The notes under the pieces: model-generated
The model's input: only the letters and a program-made list of their open reading frames with translations
Told to the model about the DNA's origin: nothing
The model's database searches: none
Virus record (IMG/VR): IMGVR_UViG_3300025575_000008
Span: 1-39,783 of that record
DNA: 39,783 nt
Direction: 5' to 3' (one strand)
From: a virus
Lineage: Duplodnaviria; Caudoviricetes
In this document: piece by piece, positions 31,466 through 39,783 of the stretch
How positions within the stretch are numbered: position 1 is the stretch's first letter
Layout of the letters: each line of letters starts with the position of its first letter
Translations under genes and position numbers: made by a program

Positions 31466-33943
31466 GTGATTTACATGGCAGACCCAAGATTAGACTTTGA
31501 CCCAATTACCGGATGGCTTGATGCTAGTGTGTTTGATACTAACCCAGCTAATCAACCAGAAACAAGAGGCTTCATGCAAAGACTATTTACGCAGATTCAA
31601 GATTTCATAAATGCTACATTAATAGCGTGGGTAAAGGCAACATTTACAAGCAAATACGAGATAACGACTGATAGAAAATTATCAGTCACAGGCGATTTTA
31701 CAGGCACAATTTTAGGTTTAGCACCTATTGCATCAGACCCATATTTGAGCACGGTAGTGGCAGGACATACGACACAGTTGGCAGATAATGTGACTCAGTT
31801 TGCATTGAAAGCAAATAAAACAGAAATTAACACACTTGCTAACAATAAAGTTGATAAAATAACAGGTAAAGGGCTTTCAACTAATGACTATGATGCAACA
31901 GAGAAATCAGAAGTTGCAAAAGTAGCAAATAAAGCAGATACATCTTATGTTAATACTCAAATAGCAAGTGTTGCAAGTGGCTCACCAAAAGCAACATATG
32001 CTACATTAGCAGCGTTAGCAGCAGCTATACCGACAGGAAATACTAATATCTATGTTGTTACAGCAGATGGTAAATGGTATTATTGGAATGGTTCTGCATG
32101 GACAATAGGGGGTACATACCAAAGCACAGGTATATCTCCTGCAAGCGTAACACCTTTAGAAACTAGCTTTTGTGTTAGGCAAGTAAACTTATTCAATAAA
32201 AATGATATAGTTGCGGATACGTATATAAGTAATAGCAATGGTACAGAGCAATCATTTGCAGGGTTCACAGCAAGTGGGTTCATTGTTTTAAAAGCTTCAA
32301 CGCAATATTGTATTAAATTTGTAGATCATTATGCTTTTTACAATTCGGCTAAAGTATACATAAGTGGATCAAATACTGGAGGTCGTGATCGCGTTGTTAG
32401 TTCTCCTTCTAATGCTGTATATATTAGATTTTCATGGGCATTAACAGGATTATTAACACCAGCACAGCAAATAAGTGAAGGTAACACACCAAAACCTTTT
32501 GAAAAGTTTGGTTATAAGTTAGTTGATGCCTTACCTCTTGTTGTTAACCCAGAAAATGCAACATTTTTTGTAACTGGTAATAACTTACTTAATATAAATA
32601 CTGCAAGTGTAGGGTATTATGTTAATCAAACTGATGGAAATTTAAACGCTAATGCTTCTTATACTACAAGTGATTTTATAAAAGTAAACCCAAATACAAC
32701 GTATACAAGAAGCGATAGTAATAGAGTTGTTTTTTATGATGTTAACCAAGTATTTATAAGTGGATTGGCTTCTGCAACTACAGTAACAACACCATCAAAT
32801 GCGCAATACATGAAAGTTTCTTTTAGTGGAAGTACAAGCCAATCAAGGGTGTCTGTAGGAAACGTATTGATGCCATATGAACCATATAAATGTGTTATAC
32901 CTAATACATTGCTAGGCTTAACAGATACAGCTAGTAGCCTTTTAATTAACATAGCTACTATTATTCCTGCGGTGGTAGGACATGAAGTGAATGTTTATTT
33001 CAATAACATTATGTGTGTAGACAATATTAACAACTATCAAATTAATGTTGTTTGTAGTAAAGGCAGACAGCAAGTGGAAAGATGGACATACATTCCAGTA
33101 GCAGGAGATGTAGGAGATATCGCTATTACGTTTGAGGTATATCAGAAATATGTATCGATAGCGAGTGTAACTTCTACAATAAGAGTATCAGCGACAACTA
33201 AAGGTACTGGGCAAACTTTAAAAGTTGCTATTTTGGGAGATAGTACAATAGCAAACAACAACATGATAAACGAATTAGCTAATCTATTTAGTACGGATGC
33301 TATGCACCTTACATTTATAGGTACTCAAGGAGTTTCGCCAAATTTCCATGAAGGGTACTCTGGAAGAAGTACAAACTGGCTTTATACCGATGCTGCAAGT
33401 CCATTTGTTTATTCAAGTGCCTTTAATTATGCAACATATCTATCTAGTCATTCACTTGCTACACCTGATGTTGTAATGCTGAATTTAGGTATAAATGATA
33501 TGTTTGATTATACGGATGATGCTAATGTTCTACTAGGAATACAAGCCATGATTACACAATATGATGCTATGATTGCCAACATAAAACTATCGAATGCAAA
33601 TATGAAATTTGGTATTTGCGTTACAGTTCCGAGCGGTAATGAAGATGCTTTTGATGGGTATAATTGCGGTCAAACTAGTTGGAGATATAACCGAAATAAC
33701 AGACTTTTAACAAATGCTTTAATCAATTATTTCAAGGGTAAAGAAGCACAATATATTTATTTAGTACCTATTAATGTAAATCTTGATACGGTCAATAATA
33801 TCCTGCTTAATACAGCACAACCAATCAATAGTAGGAATCCGTTACTGTTAGCAAGACAATATAACGGAGTTCATCCAGGTGTTTACGGATATTATCAAAT
33901 TGCCGACATGGATTACTATTGGTTAAAGAGTATAGTAACATAA
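31466..33943 (+). CDS. Tail fibre/spike with tandem CBM-like domains and C-terminal SGNH hydrolase
   Basis: KVDKITGKGLSTNDY fibre motif; two similar internal domains; ILGDST, HEGYSG, NLGIND, NGVHP. Confidence 0.85.
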   Translation: MIYMADPRLDFDPITGWLDASVFDTNPANQPETRGFMQRLFTQIQDFINATLIAWVKATFTSKYEITTDRKLSVTGDFTGTILGLAPIASDPYLSTVVAGHTTQLADNVTQFALKANKTEINTLANNKVDKITGKGLSTNDYDATEKSEVAKVANKADTSYVNTQIASVASGSPKATYATLAALAAAIPTGNTNIYVVTADGKWYYWNGSAWTIGGTYQSTGISPASVTPLETSFCVRQVNLFNKNDIVADTYISNSNGTEQSFAGFTASGFIVLKASTQYCIKFVDHYAFYNSAKVYISGSNTGGRDRVVSSPSNAVYIRFSWALTGLLTPAQQISEGNTPKPFEKFGYKLVDALPLVVNPENATFFVTGNNLLNINTASVGYYVNQTDGNLNANASYTTSDFIKVNPNTTYTRSDSNRVVFYDVNQVFISGLASATTVTTPSNAQYMKVSFSGSTSQSRVSVGNVLMPYEPYKCVIPNTLLGLTDTASSLLINIATIIPAVVGHEVNVYFNNIMCVDNINNYQINVVCSKGRQQVERWTYIPVAGDVGDIAITFEVYQKYVSIASVTSTIRVSATTKGTGQTLKVAILGDSTIANNNMINELANLFSTDAMHLTFIGTQGVSPNFHEGYSGRSTNWLYTDAASPFVYSSAFNYATYLSSHSLATPDVVMLNLGINDMFDYTDDANVLLGIQAMITQYDAMIANIKLSNANMKFGICVTVPSGNEDAFDGYNCGQTSWRYNRNNRLLTNALINYFKGKEAQYIYLVPINVNLDTVNNILLNTAQPINSRNPLLLARQYNGVHPGVYGYYQIADMDYYWLKSIVT

Positions 33944-33970
33944 TTCGCATTCGGATTAAAATATGCACTA

Positions 33971-34000
33971 GAGAGACTATTAATTTAGTCTCTTTTCTTT
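33971..34000 (+). terminator. Terminator after the tail spike gene
   Basis: GAGAGACTA-TTAATT-TAGTCTCTT-TTCTTT. Confidence 0.7.
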
Positions 34001-34016
34001 ATATGAGGAGGTATAC

Positions 34017-35609
34017 ATGGCAATAACAATTAATGGCAAGCAATATGCAGATGGCACACAACAATTATTCAATCCTAAAACTAAAACTTACGATATTGTA
34101 GCAAAAGGCGCAAGCACCGCAGGATATCAGCAATACAATAACAACACCTTTGCAGACCCTACAGTAAATGCTTTAAGCATAGCAAATAGAGACACTGGTG
34201 GTAATTATGACAGCCTAATGAAACAACTAGATACATATAATGGTAGTGGCTATCAAGCACAAGCACCACAAACTGACTTAGCAAAAGCAGTAGGAGCACA
34301 AGTTCCTCAAGTCGCAACAATGCTAGCACAGCCTGACAAAGTAACTGCAACTCCGGCTACAGATAACTCGGGTTTAATAAATTCCGGCTCAGAAGAACTT
34401 ATAAAAGCTATCAAAGACCAAATAGCACAAGCAACAAACAATAAAAATCTTAGCATCGGTGGTTTACAAGATAAGTATCAACCTACAAGAAACGCTTCTG
34501 AGGTAGCTAAATATGGCGAGATTGCAAGTCTTAACGAATCAGCAGCAAACGCAGGGGATAGGGGCGGTATAGGACGTCAAAACACACTAGCAGCTATGAT
34601 TGGCGGCGAAAATAGAATAAATGCTACAGACCTTCAACAAGGCAGTGAAAAGGCTAGTCTCTTAAATGATATTGCAAACCTTGTACTAGATGGTAACAGC
34701 CAAGAAGCAGTAGTACAAGCCCAGAGACTCAAAGACCTTGTAGCAAACCAAAATTACATGGATGAAACTAACTACAATCGCACCACAGCAGCAGATAATA
34801 CGAATTATGACAGGCAAACGGCTGTAAACAATGAAAATTACAATCGCACCCAAGATGCTAACAATACTAAACTTGCGGCAGATAAATTAGTATCAGACAA
34901 AGCCACAGAAGCAACAGCACAAGATTTTGAAAACTTCAAAGCATCCGCTGCAAACAATTTCGGATCTAATTATCAGCTTGAAATTAACAAGTTAACAGCT
35001 GAAAATAACCCTGCAAATGCTCAAAAGATTGCTTACTTGGAACAATTAAGAGGGGGAAAAGTAGAGACAGATAAAACCAAAACCGAAGCAGCTGCTTACT
35101 CTGCTTTAAAAACCTCATGGATAAAATCCTCACCCGAGGCTATTATTTCTTCGCTGCAAAAAAATCCTACAGGATATATGTCGAGCATGGGGACCGACAA
35201 CTATAATAAGATGCTAAACGATGCACTAACTCAAATCAAGTTCAACGCTACAGCTGCAACAACCGCACATGATAAAGCGGTCAAGGATGCTATGGCTAGT
35301 TGGGAATTACGAGGAACTAAGACTCAGGCAGAAGCTAACATATTAGGTGGCAAAGCAGGAGATATGACAGAAGCATATAAAAAGACACAGTATGATATAA
35401 GCAAGCCTTATTTTGCACCTCCTAAAATATCAACACCCAAAGCAATTGTTCCAAAATCAACTGATGCTTTGTATAATTCAACTTATGCTAAAGCGGTAGG
35501 GTGGAAAAACGCATATATGACAGAAGCGCAAGTTGTTGCAGGAATAAAGGCTACAAAAGGATTATCAGACCAAGAAAAAGCAGATATGGCGAATGGCTTA
35601 TATCCATAG
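34017..35609 (+). CDS. Putative ejection/DNA transfer protein
   Basis: 530 aa, Ala/Gln/Asn-rich and helical; 11-aa NY(N/D)R repeats; position in a podovirus module. Confidence 0.6.
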   Translation: MAITINGKQYADGTQQLFNPKTKTYDIVAKGASTAGYQQYNNNTFADPTVNALSIANRDTGGNYDSLMKQLDTYNGSGYQAQAPQTDLAKAVGAQVPQVATMLAQPDKVTATPATDNSGLINSGSEELIKAIKDQIAQATNNKNLSIGGLQDKYQPTRNASEVAKYGEIASLNESAANAGDRGGIGRQNTLAAMIGGENRINATDLQQGSEKASLLNDIANLVLDGNSQEAVVQAQRLKDLVANQNYMDETNYNRTTAADNTNYDRQTAVNNENYNRTQDANNTKLAADKLVSDKATEATAQDFENFKASAANNFGSNYQLEINKLTAENNPANAQKIAYLEQLRGGKVETDKTKTEAAAYSALKTSWIKSSPEAIISSLQKNPTGYMSSMGTDNYNKMLNDALTQIKFNATAATTAHDKAVKDAMASWELRGTKTQAEANILGGKAGDMTEAYKKTQYDISKPYFAPPKISTPKAIVPKSTDALYNSTYAKAVGWKNAYMTEAQVVAGIKATKGLSDQEKADMANGLYP

Positions 35610-35619
35610 GAGCGATAAT

Positions 35620-38600
35620 ATGGGAAAATATAGTGCAAGTGATTTTTCAAGCAAGCCTACTAAAGTTGTTTCAACACCAAAAGGAAAATATAGTGCAAGT
35701 GATTTTAATTCAAGTAACAAAGTAGTTAAACCAATAGCCGTTCAAAAGGTGGTTTCTCCTAATTTTCAAAGACTTCAAAACAATATGCAAATAAAAAAGC
35801 AGGAACAACTTGACAAAAGAGAAGCTATACTTTCACCACTTGACAAAATGAAGTCACAAACTAAACCTATTGTACCGCAACTAAAATTTCAGCCTACCAA
35901 GTTAGAACAGCTTAAGCAAAAAATAGTAAGCAGTGGACTTGATTTAATAGATCGTCCTGCAAATGCTGTAAGAGTGGCAATGCAAGATAGTATTAAAAAT
36001 AAAGATACTCATGGATTTGGTGCTAAAATTGATTTAGTGGGTTCTTTGAAAAAGGGTATCACTGGTGAAAAACGAGCAACAGTTGAAGAAGCTTTTAAAA
36101 CTCCTAATCAGATTAAAGCTACAAAATATAGCAATCCAGTGTTGGATTTCGTATCAACCGCAGTAGCAGGAGGAATGATCGACCCATTGACTTATTTAAC
36201 AGGAGCAACCGCAGGAAGTATCTTGAAAAGTGTGTTATCAAAGGCTGGACTTGCTGCAAAAGTATCAAAAGGCGCTGCTACCATAGCGGACATTGCAGAA
36301 GCTACAGGCAAAACAGAAAAGGAACTTCATGCACTTGTGGTAAGTGATAGGGCAGTACAGATTGAAAAGGCTAATCAAACTTTATCTAAAGCAGTTCCGG
36401 TTGTCAAAAGTGAAACAAGTTTACCCGCAGGAATAGGCAAAATAACTCCGGTTCAACCTAAAACAATAGTTGCAGGAGTCGGCAAACAAACGCCCATTAA
36501 GAACGAACTAAACGCAGGGTTAAAGCCTGTTAAACCACAAAGTAATATAATCAGTCAACCAGAGGTTAAACCTGTTCAGAATGGCGCAAATCTTCAAACG
36601 TTCGTTTCAGACACTCCAACTCATACAGGTAAAATTATGGGCAAAGATATAAACATCATGGCTGATGAAGGTGACGGAGTAATTCGGTACACTATAAAAG
36701 ACCCGACAGGCAGAGATGTTAAAGTTGCATTGCCTAAAGCTGAATTTGATGCAAGGGTAACAGATATTAAACCAGTTCAGAATGGCAAGTATACTGCAGA
36801 AATGATGGGTACGGTTGGTAAAGAGCCTATAATTCCATTAGGACAAAAGGAAAGGGGCTTTTCTGCAAATACCAGAACAGATGTAAATAACCCTGATACT
36901 TTAAGAGATAGTTATTCTACTGAACCTTTGACTTATGAGCAATTAGGGAATCCAACAACACTCGCAAAGGCACAGGCTGTATTTGACCAGGGGCATACAT
37001 CAGCTGTAATGCAATTAAATGACCTAGCTTCAAAAATGCAACCCGAAGCTATACCACTTGCAAAAATGTTGTCACGTCAAGCGACAGAAGCAGGTAATAT
37101 TCAAGGTGCCAGAGAGATAATTTCCAATGTTGCGGAGAAGTTGACACAAGCAGGACAATTCTCTCAAGCTGCTAGAATATTGAGAGAAGCAGACCCTGAA
37201 ACGTTCCTAATGACTATTGATAAACAATTGAAGAAACTTAACAAAGAAGGTTTAGGCACTTACGGTAAGAAGTGGAATAATATGGACTTAACACCTTCTG
37301 AATTAGATATGGTAAGTAAAATTGAGAGAGGAAACCAAGCTTCTTATGAGTCAGCTTTTGAAGCAATACAAGGTAGGATTGCTAACGAAATGCCTTCAAG
37401 TGCAATGGAAAAGATAAACGCATGGCGACATATGTCAATGTTACTGAATCCAAAAACTCATATTCGTAATGTTGGTGGCAATGCAATAATGATGGGAATG
37501 AGGAAAGTAGCACAAAGAGTATCAGGAGTTATACAAAAAGTATTCTTAAAGGCAGAGGACAGAACACAGGCTGTATTTGTTAATAAGGAATTTAAACAAG
37601 CTGCTACAGATTATTATGAAGCTAATAAAAAAGACTTACTAAGTGGAGCAAATAAATACAACGAAGGTATCAGTTTAAACATACAAAACAAAAGAGTATT
37701 TAAAAATAACGCTCTTGAAAAAACAAGTAAATTTAATTATAAACTACTTGAAATGGGCGATACTCCTTTTTATAAAAATGCTTACATCGATAGGTTAGCT
37801 TCATATGCACAAGCAAAAGGCATAAAAGATTTTTCACTATTAAAACAAGAAGCCTTTGATACTGCAAAAATGGAAGCAGAACAGGCAACTTATAAAGATG
37901 CTAGTGCTATTTCAACTTTCTTGAATAAAGTTAAACATCCTGGCAAAAATGCAAGCTTTGGACAAAAAACATCAGGAATGATTATAGAAGCAGCATTGCC
38001 ATTTACAAAAACACCAATAAACATTATAAAAAGAGGAATACAGTATAGTCCGGCAGGAATCATTAACGGTATATCAAAAATTAAGTCGGCACAAGGAGCA
38101 GCCGCCGCTATTGATGAAATGGCGAAGGGCTTAACAGGAACAGGTATATTAGGGTTAGGCTATATGTTGGCAAGCAAGGGAGTGTTAACAGGCAAAGCGG
38201 AAAACGATGCAGATTTAAAGACATATAACGCAAATACAGGGCATTCACCTTTTTCAGTATTGGGAAAATATACCTATGACTGGATGCAGCCTTTCAGCGT
38301 TCCGTTAACAGTTGGAGTTGAGATATACAATGCCGTAAAAGATAACCCTCAAGATGCAAAGAAAATGGATGCCTTAATTCAAAGTAACAATACTTCTAAA
38401 ATGTTAGAGATTGCTAAAAAGTTTTCAGATGGCATGTTGAATACCCTTAATGCTTCCGGCGATACAGTTTTTAATATGTCAATAATGAAGGGAGTTAAGC
38501 AGCTGTTAGGAGGTTATGGCAGTTTTATGAATGGTATGGCACAGTTACCACAAAATTATGCTACACAGTTTATACCAACAGTATTGAACCAAACAGCAGG

Positions 38601-39327
38601 TACTATTGATAAAACTGTTAGACAAACTTATTATCCCGGTAACATGCCAGAATCAGTAAAAGCTACAATGGTTTCCAAAATTCCTTTTGCTAGTAAGACA
38701 TTAGAAGCTAAACAAACGCCATTCGGTGAAGATGTAAAAAGAATTGATAACCCATTATTAAGAGCCTTTTCACAGTTTTTATCTCCTGGTATTATTTCAG
38801 TACCGCAGGATATTCCACAAAATGTTGATGTTGAATTGAGAAGATTGAACACAGTAGGTGAGGTTATCCAGTTTCCAACAGTAGCAGCAAATAACTTTAT
38901 ATGGAAAGGACAAAAATTTAACTTAACCCCAAAAGAATATACCGACTTTCAAAAGACATTAGGCAAAAACACTTTAGCAGCCTATGAGAATACTATTAAA
39001 ACATCTAATTACCAAACTTTAAATGACAATGAAAAAGCAAAAGAATTAAGCAGTTTAATATCCGATGCTAAAGATTTGGCAAAGTTCCAGTTAATAAAAA
39101 ATAAAGGTTTATCATCAAGCGAAGAAATAATGAAAGTTCCAAGTTCGCTTACTGCAAACAAGATACCTAAAAAATTAACCTTTGAGCAACAAAACCGACT
39201 AGCAGATAACATTGCAAAGTATAAAAAAATGTATTCCCTAAATAAGCTTATGCCGAAAGATGCAGTAACAAAAAAAGCAACAGACAGAGCAGAAACAGAA
39301 ATGAAAAGGGAATTATTCAGTAAATAG
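35620..39327 (+). CDS. Large ejection/internal virion protein (start probably MGKYSAS)
   Basis: About 1235 aa; MLLNPKTHIRNVGGN, ALPFTKTPINI, YTYDWMQPFSVPL; duplicated GKYSASDF; last structural gene. Confidence 0.7.
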   Translation: MGKYSASDFSSKPTKVVSTPKGKYSASDFNSSNKVVKPIAVQKVVSPNFQRLQNNMQIKKQEQLDKREAILSPLDKMKSQTKPIVPQLKFQPTKLEQLKQKIVSSGLDLIDRPANAVRVAMQDSIKNKDTHGFGAKIDLVGSLKKGITGEKRATVEEAFKTPNQIKATKYSNPVLDFVSTAVAGGMIDPLTYLTGATAGSILKSVLSKAGLAAKVSKGAATIADIAEATGKTEKELHALVVSDRAVQIEKANQTLSKAVPVVKSETSLPAGIGKITPVQPKTIVAGVGKQTPIKNELNAGLKPVKPQSNIISQPEVKPVQNGANLQTFVSDTPTHTGKIMGKDINIMADEGDGVIRYTIKDPTGRDVKVALPKAEFDARVTDIKPVQNGKYTAEMMGTVGKEPIIPLGQKERGFSANTRTDVNNPDTLRDSYSTEPLTYEQLGNPTTLAKAQAVFDQGHTSAVMQLNDLASKMQPEAIPLAKMLSRQATEAGNIQGAREIISNVAEKLTQAGQFSQAARILREADPETFLMTIDKQLKKLNKEGLGTYGKKWNNMDLTPSELDMVSKIERGNQASYESAFEAIQGRIANEMPSSAMEKINAWRHMSMLLNPKTHIRNVGGNAIMMGMRKVAQRVSGVIQKVFLKAEDRTQAVFVNKEFKQAATDYYEANKKDLLSGANKYNEGISLNIQNKRVFKNNALEKTSKFNYKLLEMGDTPFYKNAYIDRLASYAQAKGIKDFSLLKQEAFDTAKMEAEQATYKDASAISTFLNKVKHPGKNASFGQKTSGMIIEAALPFTKTPINIIKRGIQYSPAGIINGISKIKSAQGAAAAIDEMAKGLTGTGILGLGYMLASKGVLTGKAENDADLKTYNANTGHSPFSVLGKYTYDWMQPFSVPLTVGVEIYNAVKDNPQDAKKMDALIQSNNTSKMLEIAKKFSDGMLNTLNASGDTVFNMSIMKGVKQLLGGYGSFMNGMAQLPQNYATQFIPTVLNQTAGTIDKTVRQTYYPGNMPESVKATMVSKIPFASKTLEAKQTPFGEDVKRIDNPLLRAFSQFLSPGIISVPQDIPQNVDVELRRLNTVGEVIQFPTVAANNFIWKGQKFNLTPKEYTDFQKTLGKNTLAAYENTIKTSNYQTLNDNEKAKELSSLISDAKDLAKFQLIKNKGLSSSEEIMKVPSSLTANKIPKKLTFEQQNRLADNIAKYKKMYSLNKLMPKDAVTKKATDRAETEMKRELFSK

Positions 39328-39374
39328 TATACAAACGTCAAGACAGATGTATAATGTAAGTAGGGGTTGATTTT

Positions 39375-39563
39375 ATGCACAAAGAATGGAAAGTTGTAAC
39401 ATGGGTTGGCGTATTTATTTTCATATTGTTTCTTGGAGAGTTTAGACAATGGTCACAGGAAGATGCTAACCAATTTATTAATATTTTATTGATTGGGTAT
39501 TTTTTTGTGGGCGCCTTATTCATTATAGATGGATTACATAAATGGATTAAAAAGAAGGTGTAA
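39375..39563 (+). CDS. Small two-TM membrane protein (moron-like)
   Basis: 62 aa, two hydrophobic helices, basic C-terminus; TATAAT at 39350-39355 upstream. Confidence 0.65.
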   Translation: MHKEWKVVTWVGVFIFILFLGEFRQWSQEDANQFINILLIGYFFVGALFIIDGLHKWIKKKV

Positions 39564-39621
39564 TATGTATCCGTTTCCTTTAAACTTAATAGTGCAAGCA
39601 GCAACAGGCAAGAAGAAACCT

Positions 39622-39654
39622 AAGAAACGTCCTAAAAAATAGGGCGTTTCTTTT
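39622..39654 (+). terminator. Rho-independent terminator
   Basis: AAGAAACGTCCTA-AAAAA-TAGGGCGTTTCTT-TT. Confidence 0.75.
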
Positions 39655-39656
39655 AT

Positions 39657-39783
39657 CCTAAAATAATAATAAATGTTGCAATAATGATTCATTTAGTTTA
39701 TACTAATACTGAGGTGATTTATAAATGTCAAAGACAATGGTACGAATAGTTAAGGATAAAAATAATCCTTATGTAATTCTTAA
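39657..39783. repeat. Terminal direct repeat, right copy
   Basis: Identical to 1-127. Confidence 0.95.

Noticed and set aside
31466-33943. Diversity-generating retroelement or invertible tail-fibre system
   Set aside because: No reverse transcriptase or invertase was found and no TR/VR pair was seen; the internal similarity is a diverged domain duplication.
1697-39604. Numerous minus-strand and alternate-frame ORFs in the track that overlap the called genes (e.g. 1697..2062, 12485..12859, 21395..21700, 39009..39449)
   Set aside because: They are shadow ORFs antisense to or overlapping well-supported genes, with no RBS or recognisable motifs.

Overview
The window is an apparently complete, circular, AT-rich temperate phage genome of about 39,656 bp, probably from a Firmicutes (clostridial-type) host. 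Bases 1-127 are repeated exactly at 39657-39783, most likely an assembly overlap. The virion module looks podovirus-like: TerS, TerL, P22-like portal, scaffold, N4-gp56-like capsid, adaptor and nozzle, an SGNH tail spike and two large ejection-type proteins, with no tape measure or tail tube. No integrase was found. Instead the repressor is co-transcribed with ParA and a small RHH partner, followed by five DnaA boxes, so the prophage is probably a phage-plasmid. Lytic replication uses a lambda-O-like initiator with internal iterons and a T7-gp4-like primase-helicase. The most unusual non-coding features are: (1) a minus-strand operon (about 3380 to 2680) in which two CCA-ending tRNA-like RNAs are each joined by a shared linker to a tiny ORF, one being a 62-nt anticodon-armless RNA with the G3:U70/A73 alanine identity; (2) two perfect convergent sigma-A promoters producing an overlapping sense/antisense RNA pair beside the DnaA boxes, a ColE1-like logic; (3) a candidate sRNA complementary to the RBS and start codon of an early gene; (4) a 25-bp repeat that copies the end of terL and delimits small gene cassettes. 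All calls come from reading the sequence and recognising motifs; no searches or folding programs were run.
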